Below, piece after piece: positions 1 through 8,332 of a DNA stretch of 20,000 bases. Source of the stretch: an uncultured virus (IMG/VR IMGVR_UViG_3300010262_000280) (taxonomy: Duplodnaviria > Heunggongvirae > Uroviricota > Caudoviricetes). Position 1 is the stretch's first letter. Each line of letters opens with the position of its first letter. The notes under the pieces were generated by a model that saw only the letters and a list, made by a program, of their open reading frames with translations, had not been told where the DNA came from and searched no databases. The stretch is from IMG/VR virus record IMGVR_UViG_3300010262_000280. One strand, 5' to 3'. The translations under genes and the position numbers were made by a program.

Positions 1-16
1 GGGTGGCGATTATCCT

Positions 17-112
17 ATGACCCCCACCAAATTGCCAAGCGCTTGTGAATTTGCGCAAAAAAGAGAGGCCGTCGGTGCTGCGAACACCAAGCGGCCCAAA
101 GAAAAAAGTTGA
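17..112 (+). CDS. Possible 31-aa peptide (MTPTKLPSACEFAQKREAVGAANTKRPKEKS), or the C-terminus of a gene entering the window
   Basis: ATG at 17 forms an ATGA overlap with a TGA at 18-20 in another frame. The frame is also open back to the window edge. Upstream context is missing. Confidence 0.3.
   Translation: MTPTKLPSACEFAQKREAVGAANTKRPKEKS
57..96 (-). terminator. Intrinsic terminator on the minus strand
   Basis: Hairpin ggccg..ggtg-ctgcgaa-cacc..cggcc (67-96) next to the A-run at 57-62, which is a U-tract on the minus strand. Confidence 0.55.
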
Positions 113-121
113 TCCGCCCTT

Positions 122-150
122 ATTGTAGAGGGCTCAAAGGAGATTGTCAA
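122..150 (-). promoter_or_regulatory. Sigma70/SigA-type promoter on the minus strand (antisense to the early operon)
   Basis: Reverse complement reads TTGACA (150-145), a 17-nt spacer, then TACAAT (127-122), close to consensus. Confidence 0.75.
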
Positions 151-152
151 GT

Positions 153-452
153 ATGAAATGTCCTATCGACGTAGAAAAAAAGGTCGCTGAAATGCGACAA
201 GAACTGCATCCAGACGATTTGGTGGAGGATGCTTATCGTGCGATCTTGAGCGCGATGAATGGAGCATATCGTGATGGGCTGCAGGGAAAGGGATACCCCG
301 AAGACTTGGCGGAGGCAATCGCTGACGCCGAGTCCAGCCTCGGTGAGTATTCCGACTTAGTGCAGGGGCGTATCGAGAAGATCGTGCTTTTGAGACATCA
401 GGCTTATGAGCAAGGACGTCGAGACTCGGTGAGACTGGGGGTGATGGTATGA
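153..452 (+). CDS. Hypothetical phage protein (~99 aa, helical)
   Basis: AAGGAG RBS at 137-142 favours ATG 153 over TTG 144. The stop overlaps the next ATG (ATGA). Confidence 0.75.
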   Translation: MKCPIDVEKKVAEMRQELHPDDLVEDAYRAILSAMNGAYRDGLQGKGYPEDLAEAIADAESSLGEYSDLVQGRIEKIVLLRHQAYEQGRRDSVRLGVMV

Positions 453-988
453 CTACATATTGTGTTCCTGATTCCATTACGCCGCGGCCCATAAAGCCCA
501 AATTGATCATGGTGGAGACCGTCGAGGCGATTATGGACGACGCTGGGCCGTGTGCCATTCTCCCGGTCGTTGGTGACTGTTTGGAGGGCGTGGACGTAGT
601 AGGTGGCGGATGGGTGGCGGTAGATTTCACCCGGCGGCCTGCGCCCCCCAGGTATAGGAGCAAGGGCGGCGACGGAAGCTCCGATCTCTGCCTCTGCTAT
701 GCCACGTTCCCCGGAGCGCCTGGCCCTATGGTCATGTATAAGGAGTATCAGGGCGTATGGGGTCCCTGGCAGATGGTGGGCACTCGATATAAGTCAATGT
801 GGGAAGGCGGCAAGCTGCGCCTGAACTGCGGCATGGTGGCAAAGCGTATCTTCGGCGTAATTGTGGCCTCCTACGACCAGGATGGGCGGCTCCTGTGGCA
901 GAGGAACCCCGAGGAGTTTCCCGAGGAGCTGGGCACAGCGCCAACCATTCACGGTGATGTAGGGCCGTACCAGGGGGTGAGAGCATGA
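449..988 (+). CDS. Hypothetical protein with an S24/LexA-UmuD peptidase-like motif pattern (Cys in place of catalytic Ser), no HTH
   Basis: ILPVVGDCLE..V..GGWVAVD, DLCLC, VMYKEY and IFGVIV follow the order of the S24 motifs (LxVxGDSM..I..GD.VxVD, DIVV, TVKRL, IxGxVV). ATGA overlaps at both ends. Confidence 0.6.
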   Translation: MTTYCVPDSITPRPIKPKLIMVETVEAIMDDAGPCAILPVVGDCLEGVDVVGGGWVAVDFTRRPAPPRYRSKGGDGSSDLCLCYATFPGAPGPMVMYKEYQGVWGPWQMVGTRYKSMWEGGKLRLNCGMVAKRIFGVIVASYDQDGRLLWQRNPEEFPEELGTAPTIHGDVGPYQGVRA

Positions 989-1260
989 ACCACCCTTTGA
1001 ACAAGGAGCAGGTCAAGGGCCTGTTTGAGCAGGAGGCCGTACTGATGGGGACGGAAAACTGCGTACCAGCTTTCCGGGCCGCGGCGCTGTTTGGTAGAGA
1101 CGCCGTAGAGCACGCCCGCAGGATGGGTACCAGCAGGCCCGGATTCTTCTTCAATGGGTACGGTGTTGGAGACTACACGATGGGGGCCCTGACACTGCGA
1201 GGCTTCCAAGCCGCTGCCAGTTTCTACAATGTTCAACTGCTGAGAAAGGAAGCATCATGA
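985..1260 (+). CDS. Hypothetical phage protein (91 aa)
   Basis: ATGA coupling to both neighbours, RBS-like GGGGGTGA upstream, no recognisable motif. Confidence 0.7.
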   Translation: MNHPLNKEQVKGLFEQEAVLMGTENCVPAFRAAALFGRDAVEHARRMGTSRPGFFFNGYGVGDYTMGALTLRGFQAAASFYNVQLLRKEAS

Positions 1261-2540
1261 ATCCTGTAACAGAACCAGTCAAAATCACCAGCTTGGAGCT
1301 GGAGAATGTGAAGCGCATCCGGGCATGCGCTATCACCCCCACACAGAACGGGCTTACGGTGATCGGCGGCCGGAACAACCAGGGGAAGACCTCTGTCCTG
1401 GACGCGATCGCCTGGGCGCTGGGCGGGGACCGCCACCGCCCATCCCGGGCGGTACGGGAAGGCTCAGCCATTCCGCCCCGTCTTTGCGTCAAGCTATCCA
1501 ACGGTCTTGTCGTGGAGCGCACAGGGAAGAACAGCGACCTAAAGGTCACGGACACGGAAGGGCGGCGTGCCGGCCAGCAGCTGCTCAATGAATTTGTGGA
1601 ACAGCTCGCGCTCGATCTGCCTAAATTCATGCAGGCAAGTGCGAAGGAAAAGGCCGGAATCTTGCTGGAAGTTATCGGTGTAGAGGATCAGCTCACAGAG
1701 TTGGACCGGAAAGAGAACTCCCTTTACAACGACCGTCTGGCGATTGGCCGGATTGCCGACCAAAAAGCCAAGCACGCCAAAGAGATCACCGGATACCCGG
1801 AGGCCCCAATGGAGCCGGTTTCCGCCTATGACCTGATTCAACGGCAGCAGGACATCCTTGCCAGGAACGGCGAGAACCAGCGGAAGCGGCAGCGGGCCGC
1901 GCAGATGGAGGCTCAGAGAGACAGCCTGCGCCGGCAGCTGGATGACCTGCAGGCGAAGTATGAAGCCGTTTGTGGCGACTGTGAAATTGCGCGCCGTGAT
2001 GCTCTGGATCTTCTGGATGAATCTACGGAGGAGCTGGAGGCCGATATCCGCAATGTGGAGGCAATCAACATCAAGGTCCGCGCCAACCAGGAAAAGGCCC
2101 GCGCTGAAGAGGAAGCCAGAGACTACCAAAACCAGTATGATACCCTGACTTCCGAAATTGAGGACATCCGCCAGAAGAAGCGCGACCTTCTTCTGGGGGC
2201 AAACCTCCCCCTTCCCGGGCTGAGCGTGGAGGACGGGGAGCTTGTCTACATGGGCAAGCCCTGGGACTGCATGAGCGGCAGCGACCAGCTGAAGGTATCC
2301 GCCGCCATCGTGCGGGCCATCAAGCCACAGTGCGGCTTCGTCCTCCTGGACAAGCTGGAACAGATGGACCCTGATACCCTTCGGGAGTTCGGGGCCTGGA
2401 TGGAGGCAGAGGGCCTGCAGGGGATTGCCACGAGAGTCTCCACGGATGGGACGTGCAGCATCCTCATCGAGGATGGATATGCGAAGGAGGGGGATGGGCC
2501 AGCCCCAGCCCCCGCGGCATGGAAAGCGGGTGAGTTCTAA
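1257..2540 (+). CDS. SMC/Rad50-like ABC ATPase (AAA_23-type) with a short coiled coil
   Basis: N-terminal ITSLELENVK, Walker A GRNNQGKT, central coiled coil, signature-like MSGSDQ, Walker B-like VLLDKLE. Confidence 0.85.
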   Translation: MNPVTEPVKITSLELENVKRIRACAITPTQNGLTVIGGRNNQGKTSVLDAIAWALGGDRHRPSRAVREGSAIPPRLCVKLSNGLVVERTGKNSDLKVTDTEGRRAGQQLLNEFVEQLALDLPKFMQASAKEKAGILLEVIGVEDQLTELDRKENSLYNDRLAIGRIADQKAKHAKEITGYPEAPMEPVSAYDLIQRQQDILARNGENQRKRQRAAQMEAQRDSLRRQLDDLQAKYEAVCGDCEIARRDALDLLDESTEELEADIRNVEAINIKVRANQEKARAEEEARDYQNQYDTLTSEIEDIRQKKRDLLLGANLPLPGLSVEDGELVYMGKPWDCMSGSDQLKVSAAIVRAIKPQCGFVLLDKLEQMDPDTLREFGAWMEAEGLQGIATRVSTDGTCSILIEDGYAKEGDGPAPAPAAWKAGEF

Positions 2541-3617
2541 ATGAGGCAGTTAAAGATTATACCGGGTAAGCTGGGCGGAGCCATGAAGGTTGTGATTTAC
2601 GGCCCGGAAGGGATCGGGAAATCTACCCTTGCCGCCAAGTTCCCCCGGCCCCTGTTCATCGACACGGAGGGAAGCACCCGGCACATGGACGTGCAGAGGA
2701 CAGAGCGCCCCACCAGCTGGGCCATGCTCCTGGAGCTGGTCCGCTGCATCAAAGCAGACCCTGGCTTGTGCTCCACACTGGTAATTGATACGGCGGACTG
2801 GGCGGAGCAGCTGTGCATCACCAGTATCTGTGACAGCAAGCGCATCTCCGGGATTGAAGACATGGGATACGGCAAGGGCTACGTCTATGTGGCCGAGGAG
2901 TTCGGGCGGCTCCTGAACCTCCTGGAGGAGGCCGTGGACAACGGCATCCACGTGGTGCTGACGGCCCACGCTATGATGCGGAAATTTGAACAGCCGGACG
3001 AGATGGGTGCGTATGACCGGTGGGAGCTGAAGCTGCAAAAGAAGACGGCCGCCCTGGTCAAGGAGTGGGCCGACCTGCTCCTGTTCGCCAACTATAAGAC
3101 GCTGTCCGTAGCGGTCGACGACAAGGGGAAGAAGTTCAAGCCCCAGGGCGGCCGGCGCGTCATGTTCACAACCCATCATCCCTGCTGGGACGCAAAGAAC
3201 CGGCTGGGCCTTCCAGAGGAGCTGCCTTTGGAGTTTGCTCCATTGGCTCCATATTTTGACGCGGCCGCTGTCTCCGCCCCCACCACTGCCCCGGCTCCCG
3301 CACCCGCTCCGCCTGCGGAAGCTGCGCCCAACCCCGCGGACACCTCTCCCACGGCACCGGAACAGCCAGCGCCCCAAACGGACAACGCACAGGAGCTCAA
3401 GGCGAAAACGTCAACCCTGAAAGCCTTACAGGATTTGATGGAACAGGGAGGTGTATTGGACTATGAGGTCAAGGCCGCGGTCGCCGCGAAGGGGTATTTC
3501 CCCGAGGATATGCCCATAGAGGATTATCCCGATGGTTTTATCAAAGGGGTGCTGATCGGGGCCTGGGGGCAGGTCTACGAATGGATCGAAAAGAACCGGG
3601 CGCCCCTGCCGTTTTAA
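2541..3617 (+). CDS. Sak4-like phage recombinase / AAA_24 ATP-binding protein
   Basis: Walker A YGPEGIGKS, FIDTEGS, Walker B LVIDTAD, AKNR motif, Pro/Ala linker and a small C-terminal domain. Sits directly upstream of an SSB-like gene. Confidence 0.85.
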   Translation: MRQLKIIPGKLGGAMKVVIYGPEGIGKSTLAAKFPRPLFIDTEGSTRHMDVQRTERPTSWAMLLELVRCIKADPGLCSTLVIDTADWAEQLCITSICDSKRISGIEDMGYGKGYVYVAEEFGRLLNLLEEAVDNGIHVVLTAHAMMRKFEQPDEMGAYDRWELKLQKKTAALVKEWADLLLFANYKTLSVAVDDKGKKFKPQGGRRVMFTTHHPCWDAKNRLGLPEELPLEFAPLAPYFDAAAVSAPTTAPAPAPAPPAEAAPNPADTSPTAPEQPAPQTDNAQELKAKTSTLKALQDLMEQGGVLDYEVKAAVAAKGYFPEDMPIEDYPDGFIKGVLIGAWGQVYEWIEKNRAPLPF

Positions 3618-3628
3618 CTTCACATTGC

Positions 3629-3658
3629 AGGGGGAGTGCCGGAGCCGGCATTTCCCCT
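3629..3658 (+). other. Intergenic GC-rich hairpin (weak terminator or RNA stability/processing element)
   Basis: agggggagtgccg-gagc-cggcatttcccct, followed only by TACTT. Confidence 0.5.
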
Positions 3659-3689
3659 TACTTATCAAATCTAAAAGGAGCTTGAGAAA

Positions 3690-4211
3690 ATGAGCGAATA
3701 TGACTCTTCTTTCCGTGAATTTGGCTGGGATGACGAAATCCAAAATGACAGCACCCCATTTGAGGTCTTGCCGGAGGGTGACTACCGCTTCCGTGTGGAG
3801 AAATTTGAGCGGGGCCGGCATAGCGGCAGTGAAAAGATCCCGCCCTGCAACAAGGCGATCCTGACGCTCTCAGTGAATGACGGCGCTCACAGCGGAACCG
3901 TCCAAACGAACCTGTTCCTGTTCAGCCGCTTCGAGTGGAAGCTGTGCCAGTTCTTCACCGCGATTGGCCAGCGCCGCCACGGTGAGGCGATCCGGATGAA
4001 CTGGAGCCTTGTGCCGGGTGCCATCGGCACCTGCCATGTGGGGACACGCAAATGGATGGGCAACGACGGCAAGGAACATGAAGGGAATGAGATCACAGAA
4101 TTTTATGACCCGGAGGAGGCCCCGGACATCTCGGAAAAGCAGGTGGACAGCCAGCCGGCGCCTGGGCAGGGCGCGGGGGCGGCCGCCTCCTGGGATGCCG
4201 GTAGGTTCTGA
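3690..4211 (+). CDS. DUF669-like phage single-stranded DNA-binding protein
   Basis: FEVLPEGDYRFRV motif, aromatic beta-rich core, NEITEF, flexible tail ending in F. AAGGAG RBS. Located between the Sak4-like gene and the helicase. Confidence 0.75.
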   Translation: MSEYDSSFREFGWDDEIQNDSTPFEVLPEGDYRFRVEKFERGRHSGSEKIPPCNKAILTLSVNDGAHSGTVQTNLFLFSRFEWKLCQFFTAIGQRRHGEAIRMNWSLVPGAIGTCHVGTRKWMGNDGKEHEGNEITEFYDPEEAPDISEKQVDSQPAPGQGAGAAASWDAGRF

Positions 4212-5806
4212 TGGAACTCCGGCCATACCAACAGGAGGCCAGGGCGGCAGTCGAGCAGGACTGGTCGGATGGCTTTCATAAAACGCTCCTGGTTCTGCCC
4301 ACCGGGTGCGGGAAGACAATCGTGTTCTGTAAGATTGTGGAGGACATGGTGCGCCAGGGCGGGCGGTGCCTGATCCTGGCCCACCGGGGCGAACTGCTGG
4401 AACAGGCGGCAGACAAGCTGCTGACCGCCACAGGGCTGCGCTGCGCGGTAGAAAAGGCGGAGGAGTCCTGCCTGGACAGCTGGTACCGGGTGACCGTCGG
4501 ATCCGTGCAGACTCTCATGCGGGAGAAGCGCCTCCAGCAGTTCCCCACCGATTTTTTCAACGTGATAGTGGTGGATGAAGCCCACCATGTCCTGGCTGAC
4601 AGCTACCAGAGGGTTCTGGAACATTTCCCCGCGGCAAAGGTCCTGGGGGTAACCGCAACCCCTGACCGTGGGGATATGCGTAATCTGGGCCAGTATTTTG
4701 AGCATCTGGCTTATGAATACTCCCTGCCGCGCGCCATCAAAGAGGGCTATTTGAGCCCCATCAAGGCGGTAACTATCCCGCTGAAGCTGGATCTGACCGG
4801 CGTGGGAATTCAGGCAGGGGACTTCAAAAACAGCGACCTTGACACCGCGCTCGACCCCTATCTCCACCAGATCGCCAGGGAAATGCGTACCTATTGCGCC
4901 CAGCGCAAGACCGTGGTGTTCCTCCCCCTGGTGCGGACTTCTAAAAAGTTCCGGGACATCCTGGAGCAGGAGGGGTTCCGGGCCGCCGAGGTCAACGGCA
5001 GCAGTGAAGACCGTGCGGAAGTCCTTCGGGACTTCAACGACGGGAAGTACAACGTGCTCTGCAACTCCATGCTGCTGACAGAGGGATGGGACTGCCCTTC
5101 GGTTGACTGTGTGGTTGTCCTGCGGCCTACCAAAATACGCTCCCTGTACTGCCAGATGGTGGGGCGGGGGACCAGGATAGCCCCGGGGAAGGACCACCTG
5201 CTCCTGCTGGATTTCCTGTGGCACACGGAGCGCCATGAGCTGTGCCACCCGGCGAGCCTGATCTGCGAGAGCCCGGAGGTCGCACAGCGGATGACGGAGG
5301 CCCTGGAGGACGCCGCCGGCTGCCCCGTAGACATTGAGGAGGCCGAGGAGAGGGCCGAGTCCGACGTGGTAGCCCAGCAGGAAGAGGCCCTTGCGAAGCA
5401 GCTGGCGGAGATGAGGAGCCGCAAGCGGAAGCTGGTGGATCCCCTGCAATTTGAGATGAGTATCCAGGCCGAAGACCTCGCCGGATATGTCCCGTCGTTT
5501 GGATGGGAGATGTCCCCGCCGTCTGATAAGCAGGTGCAGAGCCTGGAAAAGTGGGGGATCCGTCCGGACGAAATCGAGTGCGCCGGGAAAGCGTCCCTGC
5601 TCCTGGACCGCCTGGCGAAACGGCGCTCGGAGGGGCTTACCACCCCGAAACAGATCCGGTTCCTGGAGGGCAAGGGGTTTCAGCATGTGGGACAATGGCA
5701 GTTTGAGGAGGCCAGGAACATGATTGACCGCATCGCGTCCCAGGGGTGGAAGATCCCAGCCGGCGTAACCCCGTCGGCCTATGTCCCGGTGAGCATGGGA
5801 GGATAG
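4211..5806 (+). CDS. Superfamily 2 DEAH-box helicase
   Basis: Q motif LRPYQ, Walker A PTGCGKT, DEAHH, motif III TAT, LTEGWD, motif VI QMVGRGTR. Confidence 0.95.
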   Translation: MELRPYQQEARAAVEQDWSDGFHKTLLVLPTGCGKTIVFCKIVEDMVRQGGRCLILAHRGELLEQAADKLLTATGLRCAVEKAEESCLDSWYRVTVGSVQTLMREKRLQQFPTDFFNVIVVDEAHHVLADSYQRVLEHFPAAKVLGVTATPDRGDMRNLGQYFEHLAYEYSLPRAIKEGYLSPIKAVTIPLKLDLTGVGIQAGDFKNSDLDTALDPYLHQIAREMRTYCAQRKTVVFLPLVRTSKKFRDILEQEGFRAAEVNGSSEDRAEVLRDFNDGKYNVLCNSMLLTEGWDCPSVDCVVVLRPTKIRSLYCQMVGRGTRIAPGKDHLLLLDFLWHTERHELCHPASLICESPEVAQRMTEALEDAAGCPVDIEEAEERAESDVVAQQEEALAKQLAEMRSRKRKLVDPLQFEMSIQAEDLAGYVPSFGWEMSPPSDKQVQSLEKWGIRPDEIECAGKASLLLDRLAKRRSEGLTTPKQIRFLEGKGFQHVGQWQFEEARNMIDRIASQGWKIPAGVTPSAYVPVSMGG

Positions 5807-5807
5807 T

Positions 5808-8036
5808 ATGGATAGTATCGGCAAGGGGCTGGATCCCCTGGAGGCATTGGAACATATTGACCCGGCCGGCCTGAATTACCAGGAGTGGCTGACTGTGGGT
5901 ATGGGGCTGAAGGAGGCGGGGTGTCCCGCCTCCTTCTGGGAAGATTGGAGCCGCCGCGACCCGGCGCGCTATCATGCGGGCGAGTGCCTGCGGAAGTGGG
6001 AAACCTTTCACGGCGCGTCCGGCGGTACACCTGTGGCCGCCGGCACGGTATTCAAGATGGCCCTGGACCACGGCTGGCGGCCCACTCAGGAGAGCGCCCC
6101 CGGCCACATGTTGGATTGGGAGGACACCATCAACACCAGGGACGGCGGCGGCACCATCGTGGACCGCGCATGGCTGGAGGGCAAAGAGGTCCAGGAGCCC
6201 ACAGACTGGCATCCCGCGAAAGACCTCATTACTTATTTGACGGTTCTCTTTGACCCATCCGAATACGTCGGGTATGTGACTGAGACCTTCAAAGGGGAAG
6301 ACGGACGGCAGGTGCCATCCAAGGGAAATTATGACCGGACCGCCGGCCAGTTGATTGACGCCCTGCGCACATGCAAAGACGACATCGGGGCAGTGTTGGG
6401 CGACAGTGACCCTGACGTGGGAGCGTGGATTCGCTTTAACCCTCTGGATGGCAAGGGCGTAAAAAACGAGAATGTGACCGCTTTCCGGTACGCACTGGTG
6501 GAATCCGATGAGATGAACCTGGAGGAGCAGCACGCCATGATCCGGGAGCTGGAGTTGCCGGTGGCCGCCCTGGTTTCCTCCGGCGGCAAGAGCCTCCATG
6601 CCATTGTGCGGATTGAGGCCGGCTCCTTTGAGGAATACCGCTCCCGCGTGGACTACCTCTATGCGGTGTGTGAGAAGAACGGCCTGAAGGTAGACCGGCA
6701 GAACCGCAACCCCTCCCGGCTGTCCCGGCTCCCCGGCGTTATGCGAAGGGGCAAAAAGCAGTTCCTTTTGTCGTCCAACATCGGGAAAGCATCCTGGAGC
6801 GAGTGGCGGGACTGGATGGACAGCGTCACCGATGATATGCCAGACCCTGAGAGCATGGCAGCAGTTTGGGACAACCTGCCCGAGCTGGCGCCGCCCTTGA
6901 TTGCCGGCGTCCTCCGGCAGGGCCATAAAATGCTCCTGGCCGGGCCGAGCAAGGCCGGCAAAAGCTACTCCCTCATTGAGCTGTGCTGCGCCATCGCCGA
7001 GGGAGGCCCGTGGCTGGGCTTCTCCTGTACCCAGGGGCGGGTGCTCTACGTCAACCTGGAACTGGACCGGCCCTCCTGCCTCCACCGCTTCAAGGATGTG
7101 TATGCGGCCCTGGGGCGCACGCCCCAGAACCTGGACAAGATTGACGTCTGGAACCTCCGGGGCCGCTCTGTGCCAATGGACAAGCTGGCGCCAAAGCTGA
7201 TCCGCCGGGCGAAGAAAAAGGATTACATTGCCATTGTCATTGACCCCATCTATAAGGTCATCACCGGCGACGAGAACAGCGCCGACCAGATGGCGAACTT
7301 CTGCAACCAGTTCGACAAGGTGTGTACTGAGCTGGGCTGCGCCGTGATCTACTGCCACCACCATTCCAAGGGCAGCCAGGGAGGCAAGCGTTCCATGGAC
7401 CGGGCCAGCGGGTCGGGGGTATTCGCCCGCGACCCGGACGCGCTCCTGGACCTGATTGAACTGCCGGTCAGCGAAGAGCTCCGCAAGCAGGAGGTCAACA
7501 AAGCGGTCGGCCACGCCGTTGCTGCCACCCTCCAGCGGGCGGGTAAGCTGGAGGAGGCGTCCCAGGATGACCTTTGCACCGAGAAGGCCGCGCTGGAGGC
7601 GGCCAGGAGCCTTTTAAGCGGCCGGCAATATGAAGACGCGGCAAAGGCTGCGGAGGCCGCAAGACGGGCCGCTGAGAGCCTGACAGCGTGGCGCATTGAG
7701 GGAACCCTGCGGGAGTTTCCCAAGTTTCCCCCGGTCAACCTCTGGTTCGATTACCCCATTCACCGCGGAGATGACAGCGGCGTCCTGGCCGACATCGACC
7801 CGGAGGGGGAGGTGCCGGGGTGGCAAAGGGCCATGCAGAAACGGAAGCCGAAAGAGGCCAAAGCCAAGGAGCGAAAAGACTCTATTGCACTCGCCTTTGA
7901 AGCCTGCGGCATAGACGGGAAGGTCACAGTGAGCGCTCTGGCCGAGTACATGGGCGTGACGGACAAGACAGTCAGGAACCGGTTGAAAGAGCATGGCGGC
8001 TTTTGGATTGACGAGGGGGAAGTCGGCAGGAAGTAA
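5808..8036 (+). CDS. Primase-helicase (PriCT-2 + AEP/RepB-like primase + AAA_25/RepA-like helicase + C-terminal HTH)
   Basis: YQEWLTVGMGLK..WEDWS..KWETF (PriCT-2); LVESD, SGGKSLH and SRLSRLPG (primase); GPSKAGKS, IVIDP and HHHSKG (helicase); VSALAEYMGVTDKTVRNRLK (HTH). Confidence 0.9.
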   Translation: MDSIGKGLDPLEALEHIDPAGLNYQEWLTVGMGLKEAGCPASFWEDWSRRDPARYHAGECLRKWETFHGASGGTPVAAGTVFKMALDHGWRPTQESAPGHMLDWEDTINTRDGGGTIVDRAWLEGKEVQEPTDWHPAKDLITYLTVLFDPSEYVGYVTETFKGEDGRQVPSKGNYDRTAGQLIDALRTCKDDIGAVLGDSDPDVGAWIRFNPLDGKGVKNENVTAFRYALVESDEMNLEEQHAMIRELELPVAALVSSGGKSLHAIVRIEAGSFEEYRSRVDYLYAVCEKNGLKVDRQNRNPSRLSRLPGVMRRGKKQFLLSSNIGKASWSEWRDWMDSVTDDMPDPESMAAVWDNLPELAPPLIAGVLRQGHKMLLAGPSKAGKSYSLIELCCAIAEGGPWLGFSCTQGRVLYVNLELDRPSCLHRFKDVYAALGRTPQNLDKIDVWNLRGRSVPMDKLAPKLIRRAKKKDYIAIVIDPIYKVITGDENSADQMANFCNQFDKVCTELGCAVIYCHHHSKGSQGGKRSMDRASGSGVFARDPDALLDLIELPVSEELRKQEVNKAVGHAVAATLQRAGKLEEASQDDLCTEKAALEAARSLLSGRQYEDAAKAAEAARRAAESLTAWRIEGTLREFPKFPPVNLWFDYPIHRGDDSGVLADIDPEGEVPGWQRAMQKRKPKEAKAKERKDSIALAFEACGIDGKVTVSALAEYMGVTDKTVRNRLKEHGGFWIDEGEVGRK

Positions 8037-8185
8037 GGGAAAATAACGAGAATTTTTCCTTTCCCCGTGAGAGAAAAAAACGGACATTTCCCTCTGTTTC
8101 CCTTGAGAAAAAAAACGGGGATTTCCCTTCTTTCCCTGTGAGGGAAAAAAACGAAAAAACCTGTTTTTTCCCTAGGGAAGAAAAA
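8036..8185. repeat. AT-rich imperfect tandem repeats (period ~34-36 nt), candidate replication-origin iterons
   Basis: Repeated TTTCCC..TGAG(A/G)..AAAAAACG units with the AACG ending at 8048, 8082, 8117 and 8153. TTTCCC/GGGAAA half-sites occur in both orientations. Confidence 0.7.
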
Positions 8186-8186
8186 G

Positions 8187-8290
8187 TACCCCCCTAAAGG
8201 GGGGTAAGAAAACACGTTTCCCTGACGGTCAACGGGGGAAGTAGTCGTGCGAAAGCTCACGCACGACGACTCCTTCCCCTGACCGTTGAC
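8187..8290. other. Two inverted repeats adjacent to the repeats (origin-associated hairpins)
   Basis: tacccccct-aa-aggggggta (8187-8206). Long imperfect stem gtcaacgg/ccgttgac, gggaag/cttccc, gtcgtgcg/cgcacgac (8228-8290). Confidence 0.75.
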
Positions 8291-8332
8291 AAAGTAGTTT
8301 TGTGATCTGCAATACTTTAACGAGGTAAAGCC

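Noticed and set aside
3260..3400. Pro/Ala-rich quasi-repeats in the Sak4-like gene
   Set aside because: Ordinary low-complexity interdomain linker.
5801..5818. Tandem 9-mer GGATAGTAT x2 at the helicase/primase junction
   Set aside because: A real but tiny duplication spanning stop and start codons, with no evidence of function.
4103..7514. Long minus-strand ORFs (573 aa at 4103-5824, 625 aa at 5637-7514)
   Set aside because: Antisense shadows of the helicase and primase genes in GC-rich DNA with biased codon use; no recognisable motifs.
8036..8185. Possible CRISPR or mini-array
   Set aside because: Units are degenerate, low-complexity and contiguous, with no unique spacers and no cas genes.
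8286..8318. TTGACA at 8286-8291 as a rusA promoter
   Set aside because: No acceptable -10 hexamer at 16-18 nt spacing; the TTGAC is part of the hairpin arm.
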